A DNA stretch of 64,000 nt. Source: Antedon mediterranea. Its lineage: Eukaryota > Animalia > Echinodermata. Position numbers and translations under genes: made by a program. Shown in pieces: positions 53,401 to 64,000 of the stretch; positions within the stretch are counted from its first letter, which is position 1; each line of letters opens with the position of its first letter. The stretch lies in contig NC_092671.1 of assembly GCF_964355755.1 (NCBI RefSeq), positions 38,512,304 to 38,576,303 on the forward strand, written 5' to 3'. The notes under the pieces are model-generated. The model did no database searches and was not told the DNA's origin. It saw only the letters and a program-made list of their open reading frames with translations.

Positions 53401-56400
53401 GACAGACCTTTAGTTGTCGCAAAGCGAAAGCTTCTTATTGTTAAAATTCTGGACATAAAGGAATTTAGAAACTAATAGTTGCTAGTATTGAGGAAATTGC
53501 CTTGACGCTAGTACTTTCTATTTTGCCCTTAATAAGCAATAAGCTACAAATAAAAAAATAAATCTATTTATATTAAAACTGTATGATTTGATTATTATTA
53601 TTATTATAAAGCTATGTCTACACTATCAAATTTTATGTGACAAAAAAATGTGATGTGCCCATATATGGACATGATGATGTCACATCACTACCATATTTGG
53701 GCATATCAGTACCATATTTAGGACACTAGTTTTATAGTGTAGATAGACCTTAATAAAGCGATTTATTTTGTTGATTTTTATTGATAGAAAGCCAGCAATG
53801 AGGATTCCAAGACAGCACCTTGGACCGGTGTGTCTAGGTACAAGCTGATGGTGGAAGAGGAACTACGCAAAATAAAAGGGTACTGTACATTCACATTTTA
53901 AGAACATAATGATATGATTTGGATTTATTAGGAAAACCATCATAAAAATACATACAAATTTCCATTGTTAAAATTATGTAAAGCATCCTACATGAAAATG
54001 ATAATATTGGAGATTGATTAAATTTACCTGAGTATGTATCTCCAATTAAGTAGTACAGTAGAAATATTCGGTAACACAGCTCCTGTATCATGTAATGCTC
54101 TGTCTACACTATCAAACTTTATGTGACAACGAAATGTGATGTGCCCATATATGGACATGAATGATGTCATATCACTACTATATTTGGGCATATCACTACC
54201 ATATTTGGGCACATCACACTTTTTGACTAGTTTGATAGTGTGGACAGAGCTTCAAGAAGGTTATGGTCTATGACAATAGGCAATATATGTGAAACACAAA
54301 CACGGTATTACAACATTTCATTTGTGAATTGTGATAGTAAATGTTTTTTAAAATATATAAATAGATTAGTTTAATACATGCTCAATATTGGAATGTGATT
54401 GTAGTAGCACTTAAGTAGTTTACCAAGTTTCAATTGATCCCATGGCCAATACATAATAAGACAACACACCCTATATTTATTAAAAAGCATGGTTTCGGAT
54501 TGTAATTGTGATCTTTAACCCTCAACATGGCATGTTGGATTTGGAGTAGCCCTAGTTATTGATAACGCATGCAGCATAGATTAATTTGATGTACTGTACC
54601 TGCACTCTCAAAACTAATAAAACAACGCTGTTGGATCAGCGGCACACGTTTATAAAATGGTGCGTTCTAACATAAACAATACAGTTACAAAAATAAATTT
54701 AATAAAAACTAAAAAAAAAAAATTTAACTTAATAAAAACAGTCAGCAAGTAAATGTAAATACATATAAATAGAATTACAGCCAATACTTAACTCAACGTG
54801 GAGAATTTTTCAAGACTATCGGTATTGAAATCTCATTTTCTAACATTTCCTCTAATGATAGGCCTACAGTAATTATTATTGGTCAGATGTTTTGCATTTT
54901 TTCTGACGTAATTGGTACTTTATACTAAGTACATTGAGAATAACTCTTGTGTGGGGCTCGAACCCAGGACCTACAGATTGCTGGCCTATCATTCATACCT
55001 CTAGATGTCCGAGCCAGCGCTGATGGCTAGGAGTTAGATTTGAGCCCAAGTAAGCAGTCGGTACTGCATGCACCAACAGGATTATAATTCTGATTTTAAT
55101 TGTTTAGGTTAAACTGCATAATAGTAAGACCGGCTATTGTGTATGGGATTGCGGATAAGATAGGATTGACTCCAAGATTGATAATCGGTGCGGTATACAA
55201 ACAGCTGCAAGAAAAGATGAAGCTACTCTGGAGCAAAGATTTAAAAATGAACACAGTGTATGTTGAAGATGTCTGCCGTGGTCTCTGGCATCTTGTTGAG
55301 AACGGAGAGATTGGTCAAGTGTATAACATGGTGGATAAGTCAGACACAAGTGAGTCTTAAGCTCTGTCTACACTATCAAACTTTATGTGATAAAAAATGT
55401 GATGTGCCCATATATGGACATGATGATGTCATATCACTATCATATTTGGGCACGTCATCACACTTTTTTGTTAAACTAGTTTGTTAATGTAGACAAAGCT
55501 TTATACATGTTTGTAAAGGCTTGCTTTGTAACTTATTTGATAATGATATTTAAAAATGTTTCATTATTTTCTAACCATGATTCTTTGCTTGTTTTTAACT
55601 AAAATGTTTTATTTTTTTATCAAAAAGCTCAGGGAACGATTACAGATTTGGTCTGTCGCCTTTTTGGAATTCAACATGACTACTTTGGAACCGTAATGTC
55701 AAATTTTGCAAGGGTGAGTTTTTTTTTACCATACAGGTACATGATTTAAAGTTTATTTCCTGTCAGATTTACATGCTTAATGCTTAAAAGTTAAATACAT
55801 ATGATGATTTAAATAGCAAAATATAAAGCCATGTCTATACTATCAAACTTTATGTGATAAAAAAAATTGCTAATATATGAACATGATGATGCATATCACT
55901 ACCATTTGAGCACATCACACTTTTTGGTCAAATTAGTTTGATGGTGTAAACAGAGCTTAAGAGTTTGAAAGATTTTGTTTTTTTTGCCAGATGAATATGA
56001 CTGACATTGTTGAAGATTCTAATGACAAACATTTAGCACCGTGGTCTGATGCTTGTAAAGAAAACGGAATTGAGAACACACCACTGAGTCCGTACTTAGA
56101 TCAGGTAGAGTTAGTTTTAATTTTTTTTTTTATTTTATATTCATAATACTATTGAACAAAGATGTTATTATTACTAGCATATTGAATTTGTTTTTATTTT
56201 ATTTTATGTCTTGAGGCACAAATGGGCAAGGATTACCAATAGTAAATTTTCTCACTGTCCTATTAGACCCTGATACAGAGTCTATTTTGTGAACCAGTTC
56301 ACTGGGGTAACCCCTACTCGTTTCAAATGATAACCTTGGTTCTTTAAAGTGAACACAGGTTATGACTGTGTACACTGGACCTATGGTTTATAGTCCTTAT

Positions 56401-58593
56401 CCGAGAAGACTTGTTCCACCACCAGAAGTAGGAGCGAGTCGGCCTTGAAGCCATGCCGATATTGTTGGCTTTTAGGTACAGTAAATGGTGCCCCTGCCTT
56501 AACCGCTCAGCTATTTGACTTTATTATGGTGGTTGTGGTATGATAAAGTAAATTATGTTTTATAATGCAGGAATTGCTCTACAACAAACATTTATATGTG
56601 GATAGCAGTAAAATAGAAGGACTTGGATTTCAATATAAACACCCTAACTTGACAATTGAAACATTAAGAGAGGTAATAATATTACATATTTATTCACAAA
56701 TTTTAATATACATTTTACAATGCTATTTATGATAATACTTTATAATGATAAATATATGAATATTAAGTTTGCAAGAAAATAGAGATCAGTGGCATAACTG
56801 GCTAACCCAGGGGCCCCCTGAGCAGGGTCTGGAGGAATAAAAAGGCATTAAAATATGTAAAAAAAAAGGCTAAAAACTCCAAAAGCCTCCAGCAGAGGGC
56901 CACTTACCCTCTCTAAACAAGGGGCCTAGGGCCTCTGCATTATGCCACTGATAGGGGCATATGTATTGATTTGAGTGAAGAGTTGAATTTGGGTGATGTG
57001 AATATTGACATGAATAAAGCAACTTAATGAGTCTTAAGTTAGCTGTGGGTAACCTAGGATTTTGGGTTGATAAGCTAAAATGTGAATGTGATGTGCCCAT
57101 ATATGGGCATGATGATGTCATATCACTACCATATTTGGGCATATCACTACCATATTTGGGATCATTACACTTGTTTTATCAAACTAGTTTGATAGTGTAG
57201 ACACAGCCAGTGGCGTATCCAGGATTTTGAAGTTGGGGGGCCGGGAATTGCCAATTTGCCGACAAAATTGGTGTCATTATCTGTAGGCCTACATACACCT
57301 GATCAATATATGTTCTAGGATTGCATAGTCATATTGTCTTATATGGATAACGATGCAAAAAAAAACCAAACCAACATTATCTGTTAGTATGTTGTATTCA
57401 TATTACAATAAAGAAAGAATTAGGAAAATCTGACTTGTAGTTTTCGAAATATAGGGTCTAAAACATCGCCGAAAATGATCGTTTTTAGCCACGAAAGAAG
57501 TAAAACAATTTGCGGCCTTAGTCGACAATCCTATTAACTACGCCATTTTTGGTTAAAATAATTACATATAATTACGTTTTTTAGTAATTTATTTTATATA
57601 TCACCATTGGAAATATCAATAAAACATGTTATTAAATGCTTATAAAATATATAAAGTTGTTTACTTAACGAAATTCGGGCAAATTCATTGCTCTAACTTT
57701 GTGTAGTAACGATCATGGTACACGCGCGAGAGAAAACATTCCGCTGCGGGTGATTCGCATCCACCAATCAAATCAGCTAGAATCCAAAATCATTCAACCG
57801 TGAGCAATGCCAATCGCGAGAAAGCTCAGCTTTGATTGACGTTATATCACAAAATGGTTGAGCCTCACGGAATATTCTGTTCCAAAAATGAAATACATGG
57901 ATATTTTTTATGGTATGTGTGCTTTTTCTTTAAAAATTTTGAATAATAAAGGCTCATATTGAGAAAAAAAAAACGGGTTTTTGGCACTTATAATAAATAT
58001 ATCTTAGACAAAAAAGCACATGGCATGTGGAACTATTTAATCTTAGCGTAGGAAGACATACAAATCCCAGGTCATGAGAGGCTCAACTGCAAAAACAAGG
58101 TTGAATAGGGTAAGGTCAAAGACTTTTGAGTAAACAATCTACCGCGTACGGCCGTACGTACGTGCTAGGTAGTACGATATTTTTACCACATTTTTTACGT
58201 GTTTCGTTAGATGTAATGAAAATAAAAAATAGTTGATCTGAAGGGATCAATGATATGATATGTAAATAAACAAACACTCAAAAGAATTATGTTTACAGTT
58301 CAATTATTGTCGGAAAAATAGTTTATTTTTTTCCCCGGCACCTTAATTTTCCGATGAACGCGATGATGTGCCGACGTACACGAAATCAGGGGGGGCCATT
58401 GAGCAAATGGAAATATTGTTATACCCCTCTATTGTAATGCTGCGTGACTATAAGCAATAACACTGAATATAACTGAATTTGTCAAATAGGCTTTAATTTA
58501 TGTTGTGTATCAAATATCTATTTTGATTCTTGTTTTCAGATTGTGAAAGATTATGTAGATATGGGAATATTTCCAAAAACGTTGGTACCATAG
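44423..58593 (+). CDS. NAD-dependent epimerase/dehydratase family protein (extended SDR), 361 aa, 12 exons
   Basis: Exons 44423-44444, 45473-45531, 46263-46319, 48761-48809, 49391-49485, 50487-50600, 53788-53879, 55108-55349, 55628-55713, 55991-56104, 56571-56672, 58540-58593 (1086 nt, in frame). Rossmann motif MKVLILGGCGFIGRHLV, plus FDVVINLAA, IEVSTAQVY, IVRPAIVYG and VYVEDVCRG. Confidence 0.93.
47076..48004. mobile_element. Non-autonomous DNA transposon (Harbinger-like TIR)
   Basis: Perfect TIR of about 39 bp (ACGCCCGTATTCTTAAACCGGACTTTAGTCGTAGTTCGA); flanks are TACTA on both sides; internal CGACTAAA repeats. Confidence 0.88.
48880..49236. mobile_element. Harbinger-like MITE
   Basis: Imperfect TIR GGG...TTCAGA...GAGTTATGCTTTTGT with TTA/TTA duplication. 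Confidence 0.78.
49517..50422. repeat. 45-bp AT-rich minisatellite, about 20 copies
   Basis: Unit ATTGATTGATCGATTTACATTAGTTTTAATAATTTAAATATAATA. Confidence 0.95.
50640..50990 (-). mobile_element. CR1-type LINE 3' fragment with tail (tail-only copy at about 16605-16660)
   Basis: Minus strand translates to TRGHEYKLYKNKFRLNSRKFSFSCRVVDSWNSLPSNVV, a typical CR1 ORF2 C-terminus. Confidence 0.8.
51784..51956. mobile_element. Harbinger/Tourist-like MITE family (about 120-180 bp), representative copy; about 28 copies or fragments in the window
   Basis: TIR AGCTCTGTCTACACTATCAAACT, mostly TTA/TAA target duplications, internal 20-bp repeat ATATCACTACCATATTTGGG. Other copies near 1436, 2752, 5568, 5789, 11665, 11793, 12803, 15812, 22230, 22746, 35378, 39467, 40840, 48174, 51015, 51132, 53255, 53610, 54097, 55361, 55828, 57087, 59022, 60164, 62647, 63066, 63484. 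Confidence 0.9.
52859..53039. mobile_element. pogo/Tigger-like MITE (related fragment at about 20988-21136)
   Basis: TA|CAGTCAA...TTGACTG|TA termini. Confidence 0.7.
56300..56516 (-). mobile_element. tRNA-derived SINE copy, antisense
   Basis: Reverse complement of the SINE core (GGACCTATGGTTTATAGTCCTTATCCGAGAAGAC). Confidence 0.72.
56787..56950. mobile_element. hAT-like MITE; CAGTGG...ATCCAGGATTTT fragments also at about 41169, 45688, 57208
   Basis: TIR CAGTGGCATAA/TTATGCCACTG with G/C-run interior. Confidence 0.6.
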
Positions 58594-61309
58594 CAGTGTA
58601 TACGATGAGTACAACCGATTTACATATTCTGAGCTTTGAAATAACACAAAAACAACTTTACAAATTAATTTTTCAAGCTATAAATATTTGTGGTATATTG
58701 AGAAACTAAGGGTTTTTTAATATGCACCAACTAATATTGTAAGTTTTACTTGAAATAGGGAAATAAGGGTATTCTTAATATTGCCAATATGAATGATTTT
58801 AAACATAATATACATCATAATCTCTGACCTATAAACTGTACACGATTATTACAACAAAATATTTACTATTTTTATCAATTCAATAATCTAAATAAATTAT
58901 AGAAAACCACTGAATTTGGTTAAACAGACTAAATTATTAATAAGTATTAAGAAAAGAATAAATATTTGTTAATTGTTAAATTTAGTTAAAATTATGTATG
59001 TTTTTCTATGACTTCCTATCACTACACTATCAAAGTTAATGTGACAAAGAAATGTGAAATGTGAAAGTGATGTGTCCACAATATGGACACAATGAATCAT
59101 ATTTCTACCATATTTGGGTATATCACTACCATATTTGGCCATATCACTACCATATTTGGAACGTCACACTTTATTTTTGTCAAATTAGTTTGATAGTGTA
59201 GACACAGATTTTACTCATTATCTATCGAATAAGCAACACTGAGGCTTTTGCTCTTTTTGAGAAAACAAATTGAAAACAAGTAGTTAGTGATAAGCATTCA
59301 AATATTTTATATTTTTATTTTATATATTACTTCAATAGGGTATATATATTGGAGTGGAGTTAAGTATAAAAACAATTCACATTACTAATAATGTTTAAAG
59401 ATTAATCTATGGGACATCAATTAAATAGCCAATTTTATTTCTTCTCTGAAAATGTATACCCATTTTCGTGTATGGAATAATTCTATGCCCATATTAGTAA
59501 TTACAATGTATGAATACTATTTATTATATTTATTAACATTGCATCTTGATTGATTTATATATAAATATGTATACTTTTTCTGATGATCTTTTAATATTTC
59601 TGTTTATTATGAACTGAATGCTTCCAAATGTTTAATTAAATCTGTTTTTTTAAGTAATACATCTTGGTGAAATTTGTAATATAACAACTATTATTATAAT
59701 CAGTAATGAAATAATGAATTAGTATAGTGGTACACTGTGCAATATCATATACAGAAATTTAATTTTGAACTTGTATTCTTGTAAGTATCTTATTTTGTAA
59801 GTTTTGCAATCTTCTGTTGTAGTTACTCATTCAATTTTGCTGATACAGTGTATCTGAATTTCAGTATAAAATGTAAGCTTTTACTTAGACACACTCTTTC
59901 TATGACCCGGGTTATTACGACAATAATTGTTAGCCCTTGAAATTGAAGGTAATTTAAGACCAATACTATTTATGATGATGATGTAATGATGAATATAATG
60001 CCAATTTATGAGACAATGTCAAATCTAATTTCAAAGACCAATATTTTTTTATGAAGTGAATGGATTATTTATGCACTGCTTATGGGTAATTTAAGACCAA
60101 TACTATTTTGGATGTCAGTTTAATTTCAATGAACAATATTTTTTTATGAAATAAATGGATTAAAGCTCTGTCTACACTATCAAACTTTATGTGACAAATA
60201 AATGTGATGTGCCCAAATATGGAAGTGATATGCACAAATATGGTAGTGCTATGACATCATGTCCATATACTGGCACGTCATACTTTTTTTGTCACATAAA
60301 GTTTGATAGTGTGGACAGAGCTTTAGATTTGCTATTCTGGCTTATGGGTAATTTAAGCCCAATACTATTTTGGATGTTATGTAATCATGTAATTACAATG
60401 ACCAATATTTTTTTTATAAAATGTTTGGATTATGAATTTCTATTTATGCACTGCTTATGAATATATTTCAATCTGTTTATTTATGCAAAAAATATATATT
60501 CATTTTTACTGCTTTATAAATGAATGCGACTAAGTTTAAGAAACACAGAAGTTATGATACAAATACGACGGACAAAGAAAATAAAGTACTGATATACGAT
60601 CCAGTGACGTTTTGTAAGTTATTTTAATTTAGTAACACAATTAAACAAATTTAAAAATATTTATTTCATCAAATGCTATACAAACAATACAGAGCATAAA
60701 ATGAGGACCAACCTAGGATTAAACTTGTCTCAGTTGGGCCTTTACCCCAAACATGACACGCATATAAATACTAATGCTTGATTTAGTGTGTTCAACATAA
60801 GTAACCAAACAACAACATATAAATATTCTATTCGTCTTAAATCTTATATATAGTAAGCTGTCTGTAATTCATATCATTGGTTAAAGGCATTGTGTCTTCC
60901 TAAACAATTTTTTTTTTCAATTTTTTTTTAATATACCATTTTAATATCACATAATAGTAATAATAATAATAATTTACTTTGACCAAAAACTGGATCGAAA
61001 AAAAAAATTATTTACCTGAAAAAATATTTAAATTGTCTGACAAAGGTTTTTGGTTAAAATTAAAGTTTCTTTTTGTCTTTTTATAAGTGAACTAATTTTT
61101 TTTTTTTTTTTACAGAAGTGACTAACTTTATTAAAACTGCAAAATGGCCTATTTAAAGTCTGATTATTAATCTTTATTTTTCATGTTTTTGGGGGACAAT
61201 ACATCTTGTTCCTTTTTACCCATGTCAGTATAGATATTTGATTGAATGTAACAATGTTTGCTGTGTTAATTGGACAAAGAAAGAAATAATAATATATATA
61301 ATCACCAGC

Positions 61310-61712
61310 ATAATCCATTATGGTGCGATTTTAATGTAAAAACTATAAAGTCATTACAGGTCTGTTATAATAACGCACTTAGAAAGATTTTAAGACGCTC
61401 AAGGAGCTGTAGTGCTAGTGCTATGTTTGTTGATAACCATGTTCCCTCCTTCTATGAGTACATTCGGAAATCAATTTTTTGTTTCAAAACAAAAATTGAA
61501 AAAAGCTGTAATACTTTAATTACATGTATTTTTTCTCGTATTCTAAAAGATTCAAAGTTGCATAGAAAATGGACAGAACTTTTGTATATTTAATCTCATG
61601 TATACTTTTACGTGTGTTAACTAGTATCAGTATAGCCATAATAATGTGTTGTTTTTGTAAACTTTATGTGTTTCATATGGACAGTTTGTCTGAAATAAAG
61701 TTGAATTGAATT
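61310..61712 (+). mobile_element. RTE-X-like LINE 3' fragment
   Basis: LWCDFNVKTIKSLQVCYNNALRKIL...SASAMFV, followed by a 3' UTR ending in AATAAA-GTTGAATTGAATT. Confidence 0.68.
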
Positions 61713-61951
61713 AGTAAGTACAGGCCTGCTGCGTAAGTGTATTTTAAGCAAACAAAATGAAACGGTTGTTATCTTAAGGTAATCTTTATACCAAATCATT
61801 AACATAATACTTTGATAACTCTGTGATCTTACCGTTTTATCAGTCAAAGTCCATACCAATAAATAACCCATATATCAGCGATTTCTAAATTAAACCACTA
61901 CTGTGCGCATTTAAAGTCGGAGTGCAAAAGTTGTTGTTGTTGTAAAAGAAA

Positions 61952-64000
61952 ATGTGGATAACTGGAGTATTTGCTGGACTTTTGGCTTTTTGTGGCCTTC
62001 ATGCAGTATGCGCTACCGTCACGGTAGAAGAAGGTGACATAATTGGAACTAGATTACTCTTTAAAGATGATAATGAGCTCAACTTAGAGAGAGAAGTAGA
62101 TGTTTACAGAGGCGTTCCATACGCTGCACCTCCGACGGGTGAAAGACGGTTCTCTCCACCTGAAGCAAGATTGTCTTGGAAACCAAACGTATGGAATGGA
62201 ACAGTGTTTAGAAACGCTTGTCCCCAGTCAAATCCCAACATCCAGACTGTTGAAAAAGATGAGGACTGTCTATACTTGAATATATTTGTTCCTGTTGCAA
62301 ATGAAACGGTAAATAATCCTAGTGAAAATGTTTAGTCTCAATGATTATAGGAAATGTCTTTTAATCAAAGATGCTCTCCAGGTGGAATGTCATCCTGAGA
62401 TGAGTAGTAGTAATTAGTGCAGTCTTGTTTATTTTCAATTCATTTATATGTAATTTTACTATGGACCAGCGATTCCGAAATAAAAGAATGAATCAATACA
62501 TTTATACGTTAAAAATTGGCATCCCTTACTTTCGAAAGTTGGAAATTGATTTTTGCCTCATTTGATTAATTTAAAAAGAATATAGTGTATTAGGAAATCG
62601 CAAAATTGTTTCTTTAAATTAAACTAACAGGATTGAAATATTCGTAAGTTCTGTCTACATATCAAACTTTATGTGACATGATGATCACTACCTTATTTAA
62701 GAAGTTTGTCAATTTTTAAATCTAAAGTTTTTAAATCTATTTAATTTTACCTTTTTGTATGTTTCATGTTGTATTTTTCTGTGTGTTAACGTATATATTT
62801 TATATAAATCCAAAGGCAAATTACTGAAAAAAATGACAATGCTGTGGGTATCAGTGGCTGGATCTCAATGGAGATACAAAAAAAGCGAAAAGCTAAATCA
62901 AAACGATAAAGTAAACAGCCAGAAAAGTTAGCAGAGCTTTCCGGCAACACTAGCCATTCATCAGTGCAAGTGTATATATTATTTAGTATATATATTTATA
63001 TATAAATATTTTTAAGGCATTCTATAATTGGCGATTTTTCGCTGTTGGATGAAATACATTAAAAAATATCACTACCATATTTGGACATATCACAATTGTT
63101 GTCAAACTAGTTTGATAGTGTAGACAGAGCTTACGATCATGGATAAATTATTTTTAATTCGTCCATGGCAGGATCATCACGACAGAAAGGGGTGTATCAA
63201 GAAACCTTGAACACTTTGGTGGGTGTTGTTCAGATTGGCACATGAATTTTGACAAATAAAGTTGACTGTCCATGTGTGTAAACATTGATAATAAAGAAAC
63301 TGTCAATAAAACAATACTATTGATATGAATATTTACACATAATGATAGAATAACACTCATGTGATTGTCTAATCTGTTGTATTATCAAAAGTGTTCGTAT
63401 TTAAACATTGCTATCAAAAGTTCCTTCACACCAGTAAGGTCTATATAGGTTATTGTGTCTATCTTACGTAACTTACTTGAAAACTATCGAATTAGTTTGA
63501 CAAAAAAAGTGTGATGTTCCCAAATATGGTAGTGATATCTCCAAATATGGTATAATGATATGACATCATCATGTCTATATATTGACACATCACATTTTTT
63601 GTCACATAAAGTTTGATAGTGTCGGCATAGCTTTATTCTTTTATCGGCAAAAATTGGTGTACGCAGAATCTTCTTATTACACTGACATGGATAGATGTTA
63701 TTGCCACAAAAATAAATATAAAACGTGAGACTCGGCTCTCTGTTAACATCAATATACTGTAGAAAAAAAACCTCAAAGACAATAGAAAGAAAAAAAAATT
63801 GAATAATTTCTTTGTTATTTCTCGACCATGTTTCTTTTTTTTCAGACTGGATTACGTCCAGTAATGGTGTGGTTTCACGGAGGTGCTTACATCCTCGGCA
63901 CCGCCTCCCAATCAGAATTCGACCCAATGGTGTTGGCAGTTGTAGGAGATGTCATTATTGTAAATGTCAATTATCGATTGGGAGTTTTCGGGTTCCTTAC
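61952..64000 (+). CDS. Type-B carboxylesterase/cholinesterase-family protein, secreted; 5' part (exons 61952-62308 and 63846 to window end)
   Basis: Signal-peptide-like N-terminus, then [19 protein letters not shown] and [11 protein letters not shown]; exon 2 gives [11 protein letters not shown] and [12 protein letters not shown]. Confidence 0.93.
62931..62968 (-). ncRNA. Minimal type I hammerhead-ribozyme-like motif (Penelope-type)
   Basis: Minus strand: GCA-CUGAUGA-a-UGGC(uaguguu)GCCG-GAAA-GC-UC-UGC. Confidence 0.55.

Noticed and set aside
53281-53475. Recurrent short ORFs of the [11 protein letters not shown] type (also 54024, 56870, 60191, 63484)
   Set aside because: Translations of the MITE internal repeat, not genes.

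Overview
AT-rich, intron-rich animal genomic DNA. It looks like an invertebrate, possibly a deuterostome; the taxon cannot be proven from sequence alone. Four protein-coding genes were reconstructed by hand with GT-AG junctions and consistent phases: (1) the 3' part of a ZXD-family C2H2 zinc-finger gene (+, 594-5098); (2) a complete Gli/Ci Hedgehog-effector gene (-, 12 coding exons, 34363-7706, about 1343 aa); (3) a 12-exon extended-SDR NAD-dependent epimerase/dehydratase gene (+, 44423-58593, 361 aa), oriented head-to-head with Gli; (4) the first two exons of a secreted type-B carboxylesterase (+, 61952 to window end). Introns are packed with mobile DNA: about 28 copies of a Harbinger/Tourist-like MITE, Kolobok-, Tc1/pogo-, hAT-, Crypton- and Helentron-like non-autonomous elements, tRNA-derived SINEs, LINE 3' fragments, two minisatellites, and a broken CxxH-type DDE transposase that shares terminal motifs with a nearby Myb/SANT-fragment-bearing element. 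Best leads: that transposon pair, two Penelope-type minimal hammerhead-ribozyme motifs, a possible repressor-only Gli isoform by last-intron retention, a remodelled Gli PKA cluster, and widespread TA-CAG/CTG-TA excision footprints. No database searches were run; family assignments come from motif recognition.
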